A stretch of DNA of 64,000 nt from Octopus sinensis. Taxonomy: Eukaryota. The stretch lies in NCBI RefSeq assembly GCF_006345805.1, contig NC_042999.1:67952001-68016000 (forward strand), given 5' to 3'. The first letter of the stretch is position 1; every line of letters begins with the position of its first letter. Positions 61,851 through 64,000 of the stretch are shown in pieces. Under the pieces are notes generated by a model that had not been told where the DNA came from, did not search any database, and saw nothing but the letters and a program-made list of their open reading frames with translations. The position numbers were made by a program, and so were the translations under genes.

Positions 61851-62766
61851 AATTTCACTTTATTTGCCACTAGGACGAAGGATGAGGGGACAGCGAGGGA
61901 GCTGGAAGCCAATTACATCGATTCCAGTCCTGAACTGATACTTATTTTAATCCCGAAAGGTTGAAATGCAAAGTCAACCTCTGCGGCATTTGCAGCTTAG
62001 AGCTTAAAGGTACGAAAGAAATACCGCTAAGCATTTCGCTTGGCATTCTAACGCTTCTGCCGGTTCGTTGCTTTAATAATGATAATACAAACAATACAAA
62101 TAATATTAACATGGATGATCATGGCTATATATCATGGCTGATCAAGTGACGTAGCAAGCGTTCTTAACATCCGGGAAGATCAAAGACATTTTTGGCGCCC
62201 CTCTTTAATTATCAAACATGCCCTTCGTACCTGCGACCGAAAGCGAGTGCTCGCCCTCACTACGCTTTTGTTCTTTCTCTGGATTGGTCTTGGTATGTTA
62301 AGCAACATCATCATCATCAACAACAACAACAACACCAACAACAACAACAACAGGAAATACAAGTTTTGAGTTTTCAAAAATTGCCAATTATCGTAGCTGC
62401 TTTTTAACTTTAGGTAAACTCTGTTTGAAAAAAAGATTTATGCATGATGAGTCATTCCAGTTATACCTATCCCATCTCTTTATATATATATAATTATTTG
62501 AGGGAATATTAATCCAAACTTACAGGGAAAAAAAAATTCAATTAGTAATACTAAATCAAATTTCACACAATATAATATATATATATATATATAAAAATGA
62601 GAAAAAAACACCTTTTATCAATTCAAAATGAACAATTAAATTACACCATCTACAAAAATACATAAAATAGAAATGTTAAAATTAAAATAACAATAAAATA
62701 TCAATAATTAAGTAAATTGCAAAAAAAAACATAAGAACGTTTATAATTGGTAGAATAATTGGTATA

Positions 62767-63040
62767 CTCTTTACTCTTTTACTCTTTTATTTGTTTCAGT
62801 CATTTGACTGTGGCCATGCTGGAGCACCGCCTTTAGTCGAGCAAATCGACCCCAGGACTTATTCTTTGTAAGCCTAGTACTTATTCTATCGGTCTTTTTT
62901 GCCGAACCGCTAAGTTGCGGGGACGTAAACACACCAGCATCGGTTGTTAGGCGATGTTGGGGGGACAAACACAGACACACAAAGATATACACACATATAT
63001 ATATACATATATACGACGGGCTTCTTTCAGTTTCCGTCTA

Positions 63041-63045
<5 letters not shown>
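62767..63045 (-). mobile_element. SINE family A, 3' part
   Basis: Reverse-complement tail ctctttactc...gggcttctttcagtttccgtcta; similar fragments at 49120-49340 and 56245-56470. Confidence 0.85.
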
Positions 63046-63093
<48 letters not shown>

Positions 63094-63455
63094 CATGCAT
63101 ACGTATATATGTATGTATGTATATAAATATATGTCGGGTTTCATTGGCTAAAGTGTGTTTCCATGTCTACATCGATGGGGTGTCATTTGATACAATATGC
63201 CTGGTATTTCTTGCAGGTCGAGCAACCGCTTAGAGACGCCTTCGTTTTGTAGGGCAGCAGGTTGGTGGCTGGGTGGTAAACTGTTAACTTACTAACGTAC
63301 TATGATAGTAATGTAGTAGTTACTATGTAACTAGTTTAGATGTAAGGTCAAATGTCAATATGGGGAAAGCGAAAACAAATGTCACGATTTCATACACACA
63401 AATAGGTCGTTCTCATATATATATATATATACATACACATACATATATATATATG

Positions 63456-63532
<77 letters not shown>

Positions 63533-63569
63533 TATATATAAGATATAGATAGATATACATATATGTATG

Positions 63570-63602
<33 letters not shown>

Positions 63603-64000
63603 ATATATATATATATATATATATTTCTATATAATTCATATATCTATAGATAGATAGATAGATAGATAGACAGATATACATATATATGCATGTATGTATA
63701 TATACATACATGCATATATACATATATATATATGTATATGTATGTATGTATACACATATATACACATATATATATAGGTTAGTCTGGGTAATTGATGTGG
63801 CACACAGATCAGTGGAACAAAGAGGTGAAGCTGAAGAGATATACATGAACGGCAGACAAGAATGAAATATGTTTGTTCTGTCAAACACCATTATCATCAT
63901 CATCATCATCAACAACAATAACAACAGCATCAGCAACAACAACAGCAACAACAACACTAAGCGAACCTGTTTGTGCTGGTGAACGAAACACCACGTTCCG

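Overview
AT-rich, microsatellite-saturated animal genomic DNA. The repeat families (tRNA-derived SINEs, (TA)n/(CA)n/(TACA)n/(AAT)n tracts) look cephalopod, most likely Octopus; this is an inference, not a database result. I could not support any host protein-coding exon: most long ORFs in the track are translated microsatellites or transposon debris. The window is a transposon graveyard. It holds one near-intact but 5'-truncated Dong/R4 non-LTR element (RT plus restriction-like endonuclease, one frameshift) in an (AAT)n target, many Dong and other RLE fragments, and RTE/RTE-X, Penelope GIY-YIG, Tc1, mariner, pogo, Helitron and MITE remnants, plus dozens of SINEs, some as head-to-tail concatemers. 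The feature not shown by the ORF track is a dense set of about 18 minimal type I hammerhead ribozyme (HHR) motifs in short Penelope-like terminal repeats. They include compensated core variants (U3-A8 and G3-C8 replacing C3-G8), a family-wide CUGUNGA core and a recurrent U10.1-U11.1 mismatch. Three sit in long palindromic elements with one HHR per strand, and one of these has a 13-bp target-site duplication. All folds were paired by eye; catalytic activity is untested.
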